Below, piece after piece: positions 1-13,639 of a DNA stretch of 64,000 nucleotides. The DNA comes from Octopus vulgaris (taxonomy: Eukaryota): the NCBI GenBank assembly GCA_951406725.2, contig OX597817.1:33976001-34040000 (forward strand), in the 5' to 3' direction. How positions within the stretch are numbered: position 1 is the stretch's first letter; every line of letters begins with the position of its first letter. The notes under the pieces were generated by a model, which was not told the origin of the DNA, did no database searches, and worked only from the letters and a program-made list of their open reading frames with translations. The translations under genes were made by a program, and so were the position numbers.

Positions 1-420
1 TACATGCAACACATATACACAATAAATTGTGGTACTTGTAAGGATAATTTATGGACACCCTGTACAAACTTTCAATATTCAATTAAGAATGGAAGCTGAC
101 ATTTAGTACACAGAATCTTTTGAGAATTCCTATTATTGGTTTAATGGTAAAAGTCACAAGCAGCATGTATTCAGTAATTTGCAACCAGTCAACTAAATTT
201 CTCTCAAAAAATATTAGTCAATCTGAGACTACGGTGAAAATACTTGCTCAAGCTGACATGCAATGGGATTAAACCTAGAACTATGCAGTTTCAAAGGGAA
301 CTTTTCAACCATACAACTATATACTACACTCTTAATGATAATGAAAGTAACAAAAATTCTGATAATTACGATGATATTTGTATCTATTGTGCGTACCTTT
401 CTTTCATTGGACACTAAACT

Positions 421-931
421 CTGCTTGTGAAGACCTGTTGAGGCAAGTGAAATTGAAATCAAATTCGATGACTGGCATCCGTGCTAGTGGAGCGCTAAGA
501 GCATCATCCGAGCATGATTGTTGCCAGAGCGGCTAACTGGCTTCCGTGCTGGTGACATGTAAAAAGCACCATTAAAAGCGTGATTGTTACCAGTGTCGCC
601 TTACTGGCACTTGTACTGGTGGCACATGAAAAAATATTCAAGCGAGGTCATTGCCAGTGCCGCTGGACTGGCTCCTGTGAAGGTGGCACATAAAAAACAC
701 CATTTGAGCATGGCCGTTGCCAGTACTGCTTGACTGGCCCTCGTGCCATTGGCAAGTAAAAGCACCCACTACACTCTCGAAGTGACTGGCATTAGGAAGG
801 GCATCCAGCTGTAGAAACTCTGCCAGATCAAGATTGGAGCCTGGTGCAGTCATCTGGTTTGCCAGTCCTCAGTCAAATCGTCCAACCCATGCTAGCATGG
901 AAAGCGGACATTAAACGATGATGATGATGAT
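421..931 (+). mobile_element. RTE-type LINE 3' UTR fragment (family A), 5'-truncated
   Basis: Internal GTGCC-NNN-GGCAC/TAAAAAGCACC subrepeats, TTAGGAAGGGCATCCAGCTGTAGAAAC, and a CCAACCCATGCTAGCATGGAAAGCGGAC end with (GAT)n tail. The same UTR is attached to RTE coding sequence at 30971-31672. Confidence 0.8.
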
Positions 932-1199
932 GTTGTTGAGATCCTGGTTAGCACTGTTGGAGAAAACTTATTGCCAAAAGTGTTCCAGCCATAATCATCT
1001 CATATTTCTGTATAACTTAAATTACATTATCTCATGTAATGCTTCTCTTTTCAAGAGGATAACTTGATTTGAAGGAGATCTATACAGAGCTCCAGCATTG
1101 GCTTGTCAATGTGAATAACAGTGATGGTGGTGGGTGGGGCCAGAAGTAGTGGTGACAATGTGTTAATGATGAAGCAGGTGATAATTGTGACAATGAGAG

Positions 1200-1609
1200 A
1201 ATGATGATGATGATGACGATGGCAACAACAATGACGACGGCAACAACGACGACGACGACAACGACGATGATGACGACAATGATGATGATGATGATGACGA
1301 TGATGATGATGAGGATGATGATGATGACAACGACAACAACATTGACAATGACGATGACGATGACAACGATGACGATGACGACGACGATGACGACAATGAT
1401 GATGACGACGACGATGATGATGATGATGACAACGATGACAATGACGACGACGACAACAACATTGACAATGACGATGACGATGACAACGATGATGATGATG
1501 ACGATGACGACGACGACAACGACAATGATGACGACAATGATGATGATGATGATGACGATGACGATGACAACAACGATGATGATGACGACGACGACGATGA
1601 CGACGATGA
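1200..1609. repeat. Compound (GAT/GAC/AAC)n trinucleotide array with internal ~120-bp duplication
   Basis: Read directly; ACAACAACATTGACAATGACG occurs twice (~1333, ~1453). Source of the poly-M/T, poly-S and poly-H/R ORFs. Confidence 0.95.
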
Positions 1610-2280
1610 TTTTTCAAACTTAGTTAACCAGTGAAAGTAGAGGTAACGTCCATTTCCTTTTCCGTTTTTCCTAGATAACCAAATGATAATACATTTACGG
1701 ATAAGTTTGAATCATGGAAGAACATAAACATAGATGGAATTCTAGAGACTGTGGTTAACGGTGATGGTGGTGCTACTGCTGGTAGGAACGGATAAAGAAA
1801 AACACATGAGAGAGGTCCAGTGAGAGTCATGTGATGAGCATCCTGTTATTGTTTATAGTATTGAATTATACCACCAACAGTTTAAGGTTAAGTAAGGGCA
1901 AAATAGTGTTCGTGCTATAAATTCCAAATAGTACTGGTGCTAAATGTGTGTGTGTGTGTGAGTTGTGCATGAAGCAGTGGAGAATGAAATATGTGTGTGT
2001 GTGTGTGTGCAGTCTGTGCCTCCAATTAATTAATTCTAGGTTGCCTAAGCTTTGCACATATCAGCAAATGTACTATCTGCTTTTCTTATGTAAAGGAACA
2101 ATTGTTTTTACAGGGCTATGGATGACAGATTTGTTACTCGCAGCTGATGAAGCAATAACAATGCAGAAATGAATGTATCTTACCATCTGATGACATCGTT
2201 TGCAGCCTAATTATGAGTCTTCATGTATATTGTCTACTAGAATTTTTTATTGAGACTATTGCCCACATCTGAGAGTACAC

Positions 2281-2425
2281 ATCATCATCATCATTGTTTA
2301 ACGTCCGTTTTCCATGCTAGCATGGGTTGGACGGTTTGACCAGGGTCTGGGAAGCCAGGAGGCTGCACCAGGCTCCAGTCTAATCTGGCAATGTTTCTAC
2401 AGCTGGATGCCCTTCCTAACGCCAA

Positions 2426-2481
<56 letters not shown>

Positions 2482-2580
2482 GTCGCTTTTTATGTGCCAC
2501 CGGCACAGGTACCAGACGAGGCTGGCAACAGCAGCGATTGCTTGGTGCTTTTTACGTGCCACCAGCATGGAAGCCAGTGT
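2281..2580 (-). mobile_element. Family A RTE 3' UTR interrupted by a (TA)n run
   Basis: Reverse complement of the family A tail; TA run at ~2428-2478. Confidence 0.8.
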
Positions 2581-2634
2581 TAGATATGTGTTAAATATGA
2601 TTACATACACACACATAGATATATGCTAATTGTG

Positions 2635-3733
2635 ACCAGAACTTGCAAATGATGGCAACCCAGGAAGATATGGGATGAAGTGGTTCAGGCTGATCCCAGG
2701 ATCCTGAACCTGAGTGAGTAGATGACAAAATAACCCCAAATCTCTGGTGATGTGAGACCTGTCCTTGTCAGTGAAAGTGCTATGAATTGTGCTCGCCACC
2801 CATGTTACAGTGACTCATCCTTCTTCCCATGCATTTGATCTCCCTCTTCTTCACCCCTTCAGCTTCTACAGACCACCCAGCCTCGTCTCTCTCCTTTCCT
2901 CCCCTTGACAACTATATTATGTTTACTACTGCTGCTCACCCCACCCTACTCTCTTCAACATTCTTCTATCTTCCCTAATCCATGGCTCCTTGCTCATCCA
3001 CCCTTTGACCTTTCTCATTTTGTTAGTCTGCCTCCCTATCCTCTCATTCTTCATCAACACTTGTTGACACTACATCGAAGAGGCCAGGGAACAGAAGAAA
3101 GATGAAGAAAGAAGACATGCACCCAACACCAGAGTTGAAGACACTTCCGAAAGGTTGGGGGGGGGGGGGGACCACGTCAAAATGGTTCCTCCTGATGATG
3201 TCTTGAGCTAACTGGATCCTATAAAGGAGCTGTTGTGGTAGAAGACCACGAAACATGGTTGAAATTCCTCCTTCAACTCATTCTGTTCCTCATGGGACTA
3301 CCTGGGCACCTCATTGTCATTATCTATCTCTTACAGCACCTACTGTCTATTTTCTTTTTTTTCTCCCCTTTCCCTTTTAGATCTGAGTAGCCATGCAGAT
3401 TCTCTACTAGAACCTGCTCTGCTTTACCTTCTCATAATTCAATCCTTTTGTCCCCTGGCATGAGGCTGAGACCCTCTCTAGTATTTGTGGTTGCATGGCA
3501 ACCTCAAGAGCACAACTGGCACAAAAAAAGCTCTCAGTCTATTCCGAAAAGTTGTAGACATTAAAAAGGGCATCCAACCATAGAAGCCATGCCAAAGCAG
3601 ATACTGAAGCACGATACAATCCTTGGACACATTGGATCCTGTCAAACCATCCAACCCATGCTAGCATGGAACACAGATGTTAAATGCTGCACCTGCTCCT
3701 GCTCCTGCTGCTGCTGCTGATGATGATGATGAT
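2635..3733 (+). mobile_element. Older RTE 3' end with long pyrimidine-rich 3' UTR
   Basis: Degenerate PRKIWDEVVQAD near 2660-2700, then a pyrimidine-rich UTR and family A-like tail. Contains an insertion at 3051-3276. Confidence 0.6.
3051..3276 (+). mobile_element. Penelope-derived insert carrying a hammerhead motif
   Basis: Flanking direct repeat CTCATTCT (3043-3050, 3277-3284). CTGATGA at 3192-3198, GTCTT/AAGAC stem II, GAAACATGGTT at 3250-3260. Confidence 0.6.
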
Positions 3734-4670
3734 TTTACCAACCCTACAATTGCCTTTCTGGTAACTTATCATGACAATTCATACTCCCCAAAATAAAAGT
3801 ACACAAGCAAGTTAGTATTATACTTCTTTTGTACTTTGTACTTGAAATTTCCAGTCATAGTCAATACTCTGGAGATAGGTGAGCTCTACAGTGCTGACAT
3901 GTCATCAACTGTCTACACGAAGACAAAGTATGTATGGTTTGGCTACCCAATAAGCCACAAAAGGCTTATATGACATTTTTATTACATATATTACATAAAG
4001 ACACGCATCCAGCCATATATACATTATATATATATATATATATATACATACATATATATATATATATAATATTAATAAATCTAAGGGTAGCAAAAAAAAT
4101 TTTAGAAAAATTCTTTGCTACCAGTGGTCTAGCAGGAAGGAAAAATTAGTCAATAGAATAATATATATTATTCTATGAATAATATACATTGTATTTTTCT
4201 ATGAATTATATATATATATATATAAAATCTTGCACAACAAATATATATATATATACATACATACATAACATTACATTACATACATATTCTTTGTATAGTT
4301 TTCTATGAACTAGAAGGTCTTCTGGTGTGACTCACTAGAAGTTTTTCAAATTTTTCAACTGGCACCACATTAGCTTCTAGTGACAGGAATATATATACAT
4401 GATGAATGATTAATCATTCAGGTATGTTCATTTCTTTCCAGTATGTTGTAGTTCTATCTTTCAAACACCCTTTACATGCAATTTCTCAATTTGTTTTAAA
4501 ACTTTTTTCCTATTCAGTCTCTGTCCAGCTATTTTAGATTTAGTATTGGTTTTCTTGAATTTATTTATTTTTCAATTATTTTATTTTTTTTTTGCATAGC
4601 TCAAATTATATTATTTTTTGTCACAGTAACTCCTTCCTATCCATTTGAAAACGAATATTCAGCTGGTTAT

Positions 4671-5048
4671 GGTGGAACTCCATCGGTTACAACGACGAGT
4701 GTTCCTGTTGAGCTGATCAATGGAACAGCCTGCTCATGAAATTAACGTACAAGTGGCTGAGTACTCCACAGACACGTGAACCCTTAAAGTAGTTCTCAGG
4801 GAGATTCAGCGTGACACAGAGTGTGACAAGGCTGGCTCTTTGAAATACAGGTACAACAGAAACAGGAAGAAAGAGTGTGAGAAAGTTGTGGTGAAAGAGT
4901 ACAGCAGGGTTCACCACCACCCCCTGCTGGAGCCCTGTGGAGCTTTAGGTGTTTTCGCTTAATAAACACTCACAACAGCTGGTCTGGGAATTGAAACCGC
5001 AATCCTAAGTCTGCGAGTCCGCTGCCCTAACCACTGGGCCATTGCACC
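4671..5048 (-). mobile_element. tRNA-derived SINE, family E
   Basis: 12-bp TSD TCAGCTGGTTAT (4659-4670, 5049-5060); Pol III A/B box head; homologous to 34890-35272. Confidence 0.85.
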
Positions 5049-5955
5049 TCAGCTGGTTATACAACTCTACTAAATAACCATAGAATTAGTCTTGTCATAC
5101 ATTGTATCATGTTGTTCATGAAATACTCAGACATCATCATTATTGTTTTAATGTCCCCCTTTTCCATGCTTGCATGGGTTGGACAAAATTTATTGAAGCA
5201 TATTTTCTATTGCTGGGTGCTTTTCCTGATGCCAACCCTTACCTGTTTCCAAGCAATGTAATGTTTCCCCATGACCAGATATGTTTTCACAGAATATTGG
5301 AAATGAATGACATTCATTTACAACAATCACATGATATCAAACCAAGGAGACACAAGCACACACCCACATACATTTATATACATATACAAGGGGCTTCTTT
5401 CAGTTTCCACCCAGAAGGCTTTGGTTGGCCCAGAGCTACAGTAGAAGACACTTGCCCAAGGTACCACCATGCAGTGGGACTGAACCTGAAAGCATGTAAT
5501 TGGGTAGAAAATTTCTTAACCACACAACCACATGATGAGCTGGTAGTTCTGTGGATAAAAACTGACAGAGATTCATGAACTTATGTATGTATGTATGTAT
5601 GTATGTATGTATGTATGTATGTATGTATGTATGTATGTATGTATGTATGTATGCATGTATGTATATGTGTGTATGTGCGCAATTTTGTGAGTATGTATGT
5701 ACATCTCTGAACATATCAGCTTTTAAGATGTGTTTGACATATGAATATGAATGTGTGTCTGTATCAGACTCATTCACCAAATACTAGCATGAGAGAGCTT
5801 CTATAAAGTCAATCAGGCTGTTAGAAATAACAGTTAAATCTCCCTCAAATCACATCTTTCAAAATGGTTGTATTGAATAATTTAGTCCTTAATTCACAAA
5901 GTTTGTATAAAAAAACTGTACCAACATGACTGGAATGCTTTTGATCATATATATA

Positions 5956-6433
5956 CAGAGTGGCTAACTGGCACATCTGCCAGTGGCACGTAAAAGACAC
6001 CATTTGAGTGTGATCGTTACCAGCGTCGCCTTACTGGCAGTTGTGCCTGTGCTAGTAGGGTGCCAAGAGCACCATCCGAGCATGATCATTGCCAGAGCGG
6101 CTAACTGGCTTCCATGTCGGTGACACGTAAAAGGCACCATTCGAGCATGATCGTCACCAGTGTCGCTTTACTGGCACCTGTGCCAGTGGCATGTGTAAAA
6201 AGATTCGAGCGAGGTCGTTGCCAGTACCGCCCGACTGACCCCATGCTGGTGGCACGTAAAAAGCATCCACTACACTCTTGGAGTAGTTAGCATTAGGAAA
6301 GACATCCGGCTGTAGAAACTCTGCCAGATCAAGATTGGAGCCTGGTGCAGCCATCTGGTTCACCAGCCCTCAGTCAAAATCATCCAAACCATGCTAGCAT
6401 GGAAAGCGGATGTTAAACGATGATGATGATGAT
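5956..6433 (+). mobile_element. Family A RTE 3' UTR
   Basis: Subrepeats plus conserved tail and (GAT)n. Confidence 0.8.
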
Positions 6434-7094
6434 ATCTGTATGATCACAATTCTAACTCAGGTTGTCACTTGGGTTGTTGTGTTGTTGTTGTTGGTTAGTC
6501 TGTGGTGATAAATGAAAGTATGTTTCTTGGGCAGCAAACATTTAAGAGAAGATTTTATTACCACGTTTAAAGTCAAGCTGCATTGGTCATTTACAAAGAA
6601 CAACAGCAATAGTTACATACTGGGAGAGATGTACTACTTGGAATTTACAGCAAGCTATTAATACAGCAACATGGGGCTTGCCCACCATAACTGGAAACAT
6701 TTGTGCTATATTCATGGCAACGGAGGTTCTTGATTATCTATCTAGCCTGTCTGTGAGAGCCATTTGGTACAGCAAGAATGGAGACACATTGCACAGCTGT
6801 CTCAACATTCTGCAATTAATTACTGCCAAAAGTGACCTTTTATAGGGCACAGAAAAAGATTGTAGAAGATTGAAGCATGTGATCACTTGATGCTGATTGA
6901 CTGCTTAATAGACTGATCATGTGAATTATTGTGCTTTGGTTGTGATGTCTGACCAGGTTATCCAGAGATTCGGTTTCAAATCCCCACTACAAGGCTAATC
7001 AATAACAACAACAGATGTTGAGACCATAATGATGACAACAATCATTATGATTATGATGATAATGATGATAATGATTATGTTACAACTGCTGCTA

Positions 7095-7593
7095 TGTGAA
7101 ACTCCTGCACCAGTTTCATATAGCAGCCCCAGCCCATCCAAAGTATCTTGGATCGCAGAATGGCCTGCTGTGCTTACCTTGGATCGTCGGGCAACCTGCT
7201 GTGCTTGAGGAGACCTATTGAGTCAAGTACATCCATATCAAAATAAAAAATCAATGGAAACTGTAGTTGTGATACTTGTGCCGGTGGCACATAAAAAGCA
7301 CCATCCGAACGTGGCCAAAGCCAGCGCTGCCTTGACTTGCTTCCATGCCGATGGCACGTAAAAAGCACCAACCAATCGAGATCACTGCCAGCCTCCCCTG
7401 GCACATACAAAGCACCCACTACACTCACGGAGTGGTTGGCGTTAGGAAGGGCATCCAGCTGTAGAAACATTGCCAGATCAGACTGGAGCCTGGTGCAGCC
7501 TCCTGGCTTCCCAGACCTCGGTCAAACCGTCCAACCCATGCTAGCATAGAAAACGGACGTTAAACAACAATGATGATGATGATGATGATGATG
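7095..7593 (+). mobile_element. Family A RTE 3' UTR (variant subfamily)
   Basis: GAAGACCTATTGAGTCAAGT-like block, subrepeats and (GAT)n tail. Confidence 0.8.
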
Positions 7594-8844
7594 CTGTTGA
7601 TAATGATGATAACATGCTTATGTATGTCAAAAAGATAATTGGGGAAATTAAATAAGAAGGACAGTGATTTCAAGAATTCCCTTCTCTATATGATCAAATT
7701 GTTTATATCAGAAGTTATCATCAAGCTTGTGAACAACAATGTGTAGCAATGACCTGACGCTATTTCTTATTTCATATTCAAAGAAAAAGCAATAAACTCT
7801 TAGTAATAGATTGTATTTTAAATGATACGATAAGCAACTTATTATTTATTGATCGGTTGGCAATAATACTTATACAGCTAACTTTTAGACGTCATTATTT
7901 AATAGGTTTGAAAGAGGTTAGTTTTAATCTCTCATTAGTAAGATAATTGCCTGTAATATGTTGTTTACACATGGAGAAAAATTAAATATCTTATATTTAA
8001 GATGAAATAATAGATGAAAGGAAGATGAAAGAAGAAAAACACAAGCAAATATTTAAAATCTTTTTATTTATATGTTGTTTAGTCACAAAGATACAAAGAC
8101 TAATGATTTAAATTTTTATTAAGTAGGAAATCTGAAAGTATTGTGCTTTTATTTTTCATAAGCTCCAAGATTTAGAGAAGAAATATAACAAAACTGTGTG
8201 ATGTTCAGGCTTTTCCAATCAGTCTTAGTAACAATTTTAAGTGGAATGAAATGGTTCAAACATTGATTTAAAATTTGTTGCAGCTCTAGTAGTTGTTGTA
8301 TAATATAAGGTCAGCCCTGATCAAGCAGACCAATGATCAAAGGTGTTACAGCCAGGACCACCCTGTCTGTTAAAGGATATCTAAGAATACATCACCCAAT
8401 ATATTCTTCTCTTTCTTAAGACTGTGTGCATGTGCATATGTATGCGTGTGTGAGAGAGAGAGAGAGGGGTGAAGAGAAAGAGGGAGAAAGGAAGGAGAGT
8501 TTTACATCTGTGAGAGAGTGAGACACAGTGTGTGTGTGAGAGAGAGAGAGAGAGAAAAAGAGAGAGTGTGTGTGTGACTGTGAAAGAGACTGAGAGAGCT
8601 TTTGTTGTTAACATCTGTTCTTTTCTTCAAGCATGACTACCACGAATGCAAGTTATTCTTCCCTAAACCACACAGTCCTTTTCAGCTTAGTTAAAAAGAA
8701 ATCAATGTGTTGATTCAGGTTTGCTGTGAACACCACAGGCTAAGAGATAAAATTTCCTACATGACCAAATCATGGAACAAGTTTCAATTTCCAGCTTGTT
8801 TCACTAAAGCTACTTGACAAAAGCTTTTGCTAAATTTCTCTTGA

Positions 8845-9149
8845 TGATTGAGCGAGGTTGTTGCCAGTGCCACTGGACTGGCTTCTGTGCAGATGGCATG
8901 TAAAAAACACCATTTCAAGCGTGGCCGTTGCCAGTACTGCCAGACTGGCCCTCGTGCCAGTGGCACATAAAAGCACCCACTACACTCTCGGAGTGGTTGG
9001 CGTTAGGAAGAGCATCCAGCTATAGAAACTCTGCCAGATCAGATTGGAGCCTGGTGCAGCCATCTGGTTCACCAGTCCTCAGTCAAATCGTCCAACCCAT
9101 GCTAGCATAGAAAGCGAACGTAAAACTTTGATGATGATGATGATGATGA
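8845..9149 (+). mobile_element. Family A RTE 3' UTR
   Basis: Conserved tail and (GAT)n. Confidence 0.8.
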
Positions 9150-9449
9150 AGGGAGCTGGACTTATTGTAATATCTTCTAGCAACTGTTTACTGGTGGCAC
9201 ACCTAAGACTTTTTGCATATGCCGTCTTCAAATTATGAATATTAAGATTATTGTATAACCCTGAGCTTCCACAAACTGGTCTCAAGTTAAGAAATTATGT
9301 ATGGTCTTCTTAGTATTCTGTTTATTCGAGCTATGCTCGAAACGTCAAAACCCTCTCTTTTTACAGAGCGCCAAATGACTATATTCCATGTGCACGTCCT
9401 CTTGTTGTTTGCTATTATTATTTTTAATGTTTGTTTATTTGATTTGACT

Positions 9450-9705
9450 ACTGGCACCTGTGCCAGCGGCATATGTAAAAAGATTTGAGTGAGGTCATTG
9501 CCAGTACTGCCTGACTGGCCCCCGTGCCAGTGGCACATAAAAAGCACCCACTACACTCTCAGAGTTAGGAAGGGCATCCAGCAGTAGAAACTCTGCCAGA
9601 TCAAGATTGGAGCCTGGTGCACCCATCTGGTTCGCCAGCCCTCATTCAAAATCGTCCAACCCATGCTAGCATGGAAAGTGGACGTTAAATGATGATGATG
9701 ATGAG
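9450..9705 (+). mobile_element. Family A RTE 3' UTR
   Basis: Conserved tail and (GAT)n. Confidence 0.8.
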
Positions 9706-9730
9706 GAGGATATATATATATATATGTGCT

Positions 9731-10063
9731 GAGACCCCCTTCAGTCATAAATGACCATGGAATTGCACCTAGAAAGTTACCCTCCGAGGTACAAGTCCGG
9801 GTAAGGTTGGTTATGGAAGACCAGCAGTCGCCCATGCGTACTGGCCTCCCTTCTCCACGCCACCAGTGTTGTCCAAGGGAAAAGCAAAGACCGATACAGC
9901 TTGGCACCTGTGATGTCGCAACTCATTTCTACAGGTGAGTGAACTGGAGCAACTTGAAATAAAATGTCTGGCTCAAGAACACAACACGTAATCCGGTCCG
10001 GGTATCAAACTCACAACCTCACAATCGTAAGCTCAACGCTCTAACCACTGAGCCATGTGCCTT

Positions 10064-10066
<3 letters not shown>
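9731..10066 (-). mobile_element. tRNA-derived SINE, family D (CORE-like TTGAGCAAGACAC block)
   Basis: Homologous over its full length to 61247-61592; A box TGGCTCAGTGG and a B box on the minus strand. Confidence 0.85.
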
Positions 10067-10117
<51 letters not shown>

Positions 10118-10199
10118 CATACATACATTCATACATACATACATACATACATACATACATACATACATACATACATACATACATACATACATACATACA

Positions 10200-10278
<79 letters not shown>

Positions 10279-10288
10279 ACATACATAT

Positions 10289-10322
<34 letters not shown>
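10067..10322. repeat. Compound (CA)/(TA)/(TACA)n microsatellite
   Basis: Read directly. Confidence 0.95.
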
Positions 10323-11430
10323 CCAACCCATGCTAGCATGGAAAGCGGACGTTAAACGATGATGATGATGATATATAATGGACTCTCTTGTCAAAGACAA
10401 TGTATGAGCATTCAAATACTACTGATCAACCTGCACAAATGGTTTGTTTATAGTGATCAAATATTCATGCCACACATTAGCTCATTCTCTCCATCAAAAT
10501 GACATTGTCTGAACAGGTGTGCTGTGTACCATATGTCAAGTGTCAAAGTAATTGCAGAGCAACATGAGGTGAAGTGTTTTGCTCAAGAATGCAATGCATC
10601 ATCCAGTCTAGGAACTGAAACCATAATCTCGTGATCCTGAGCGCAACACCCTAACCACTAGACCATGCGCTCTCATCCCCACCCCCACACACATTGGTGT
10701 TAGGAAAGGCATCCAGCAGTAAAAGACCATGCCAAAACAGACACAGAAGCATGGCGTAAGTTCCTGCCTATCCAACGGAGGATGTTAACTAATGATGGTG
10801 ATGATGATGATGATGGTGAGTGTGTGTGTGTGGAAATACATTTTAAGAGTATATATATTATTATATATCAAATATAGAAATTATAAAATTTACCAATAGT
10901 AGACATATTGCCTGTGTTTTTGAAATAGATATTCATAAGCCTTTAAATTATTTTATCAAAGTCAAGTACATCAAAGAAAAACTACTGTTAGTTATCTTAT
11001 TATCATCTAACAGAAGACTGCTTTTTTTGTTTTTGTGTTAGTTTTTCACACTATCATTAGTATTTGGACCTCTGTTTCTCAATTTATTATTTCTTTTTAT
11101 TTTGATTATTTGAAACATTCCTGTATATTGTTATTTCAGAAATACCATACGTTAACATTGTAGCAATTATAATTGTTGAAAGATTTTTTGTTTTTGTTAT
11201 TATTTTAGTATTACTGCTGTTGTTCATGTTGTTTTGTTGTTGTTATTGTTGATTAACACGAGAACTATCATCACTCAGGATTAAAGCAGTAGAAATAACT
11301 GTTTGCTCTATAAATTAACCAGCTAAAATCCGCTGGTCTGATTTCAGTAGTTAAAATGTCACATACACACTCACACACCAGAAGGCTAGTAGAACAGCTG
11401 AGACATTTTATGATCTCATTTTATTCTTAC

Positions 11431-11523
11431 CTCTTCAATCTGTCCCATTAAGACATAATTTATAATGAAGACACTATACAAATAAAGTAGTGAGAATAAC
11501 CTCTACTGTCAGGAGACATGGAA
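11431..11523 (-). other. Candidate 93-nt exon of a minus-strand transcript
   Basis: Minus strand ttttaactatttcag|TTCC...GAAGAG|gtaaga. Stops in all three frames except a terminal ATG GGA CAG ATT GAA GAG. Splice signals only. Confidence 0.3.
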
Positions 11524-11663
11524 CTGAAATAGTTAAAACTATCTTGAAGTACTCTGATTATTTAACTGTGTGTGTGTGTGTTTGTGTGTGCGTGTGTGTG
11601 TGTGTGTGTGTGTGAGCATGTGTGCATACACATGCACAGACACACACACACAGACACACAAAC

Positions 11664-11718
<55 letters not shown>

Positions 11719-11930
11719 TATATATATATATATTCATATATTTTTATATATATATGTATATATATATATTAGAAGGTTTGGAGATGATGTACAGGTATTA
11801 TATATTAGATGAAATGAGGAACTCAGAAATCTGGATGGTTTTATATTTACAAATATTTATTAGTATGCTACATATATGATATATGATTTATAAAAACATG
11901 TAACATACTAATAAATATCTGTAAATATAA

Positions 11931-12182
11931 AGTGCCGGTGGCACGTAAAAACCACCATCCGATTGTGGCCGTTTGCCAGCCTCGTCTGACTCCTGTGCCG
12001 GTGGCACGTAAAAAGCACCCACTACACTCACGGAGTGGTTGGCGTTAGGAAGGGCATCCAGCCGTAGAAACATTGCCAGATCAGACTGGGCCTGGTGCAG
12101 CCTTCTGGCTTCCCAGACCCCAGTTGAACCGTCCAACCCATGCTAGCATGGAAAGCGGACGCTAAATGATGATGATGATGAT
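11931..12182 (+). mobile_element. Family A RTE 3' UTR, young copy (CpGs intact)
   Basis: Conserved tail and (GAT)n. Confidence 0.8.
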
Positions 12183-12635
12183 AAAACCATCCAGATTTCT
12201 GAGTACCTCATTTCTTCTAATATATATATATATATATATAAATATATAAAATAATATATCATATATGCATATATATATATTAATATAAATATATATATAT
12301 ATATGACGACCCTGCATGCCTGGAATCCAATGAAGGACAAACAAACAGAAACTGCAAACATCGTTGACCCTAAAAATAGCACTGAAAAAGAATCTACAAA
12401 CACCACAGGCCCCAAAAAGAACACTGACAGCAACAACAGCTGCAATAAGAATAATCAAAGTTGGACTGTGGTGATAAACAGAGGCAGACTAAAAACTGAC
12501 ACATCCTGGAAAACTGATGTCCTGATGTCCAAAGTTAACAGGAAGGACAAGCAAAAAGACAAAAATCCAAAATGCCAAAAGTAAAAACAAAGAAGCATAA
12601 GGATAGAAACTGACAGAGCCCCGCTTGTATATGAA

Positions 12636-13019
12636 TCTCTATATAAAGCTGAAGTTGTCTGTGTATGGCAGGTTTGGTAGCCTTCAACTAACACTATCTC
12701 CTCTGAGACCCTGCGGCGCAAGTTGACCAAAATTGAGAGTATGATAAAAGGCTTGCTCTTCCTTCCGTAGATGAAAAAAATCAAATTGGACCATGTTAAC
12801 AACAAAAATTATTTACATCAAAAGGTGCTTTTTTTCTATGAAAATCCATATTTTTTACGATTTTTTGACTGCTGTGTCACCATTTTTTGGTGTATTTCAA
12901 CCAGAAAAATGTTCACTTAAAGAGAATAACAAGCTACATTATGCAAAATATTTACTTTTCAAAAATTCCAATTCTAAAGGGTCGAAACAAACCTGAGCAA
13001 CGCCGGGCAATACTGCTAG
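12636..13019 (+). mobile_element. Non-autonomous Helitron
   Basis: 5' TCTCTATATAAA, subterminal hairpin CCTGAGCAACGCCGGG, 3' CTAG; sits between A and T with no TSD. Confidence 0.8.
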
Positions 13020-13593
13020 TTTTACCTAAATGGCACCTGCTAGCATGGAGAAACAGGAGAGAGCTGCAGCTTTACCCATCCCAAAACTTATCAGAACAAC
13101 AAGCAGGGAAACCTGAAACAAAACTAGCAAAAACATAGAGGGAAATCATCAAGCAAGGATCTGCTGACTAATGCTGCACCAACTGGAATAAACACATCTC
13201 AGAAGGGTAGGAAATGAGATCAACACATGCGTTCTGCACCCCTCAAAAGGCAATATGCAGAGGCTGTACGAACTGCAGCTACCGAACAACAGTCTTTTTT
13301 TAACATGACCCAGAAGATAGTACAGCAGCTGACATGGATGAACAGGATGCAAGCTTAAAGCAATGCATTCCAATGCACAAGATCACCTCAGGTGACAGGC
13401 CCAGGATGGCCACCACTAACACCTACCCTGATATCAAACCCATATTCCTACTGAACATTGGAGGTCTGCTACAACTCAGCAACAGAGGTAAAATTCTCTA
13501 TCTAAAAGAGCTTGCAGTTCTATATTTAGGTGATGAGGAATTATGTACATTATTTATATTTGATGGATATTTGTCCTCATCTTGTTTGTTGTT

Positions 13594-13639
13594 AACACAA
13601 CGTTTCAGCTGATATACCCTCCAGCCTTCATCAGGTGTC
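13594..13639 (-). ncRNA. Minimal type I hammerhead ribozyme in a Penelope-derived insert
   Basis: Minus strand GACAC-CUGAUGA-A-GGCUG(gaggguauau)CAGCU-GAAAC-GUU-GUGUU: intact core, stems I and II, palindromic stem III (AACGUU). Confidence 0.75.

Noticed and set aside
470-770. Repeat-spacer pattern resembling a CRISPR array
   Set aside because: Units are degenerate, linkers are homologous between dispersed copies, the block is joined to RTE coding sequence at 31 kb, and there are no cas genes.
1051-1623. Long His/Arg/Cys-, Ser- and Met/Thr-rich ORFs
   Set aside because: Read-through of a compound trinucleotide repeat, open in several frames on both strands, with no splice or domain context.
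10019-10415. YI/CMYV/HT-repeat ORFs here and throughout the ORF track
   Set aside because: Translations of TA, TACA, CA and TATC microsatellites and SINE sequence.
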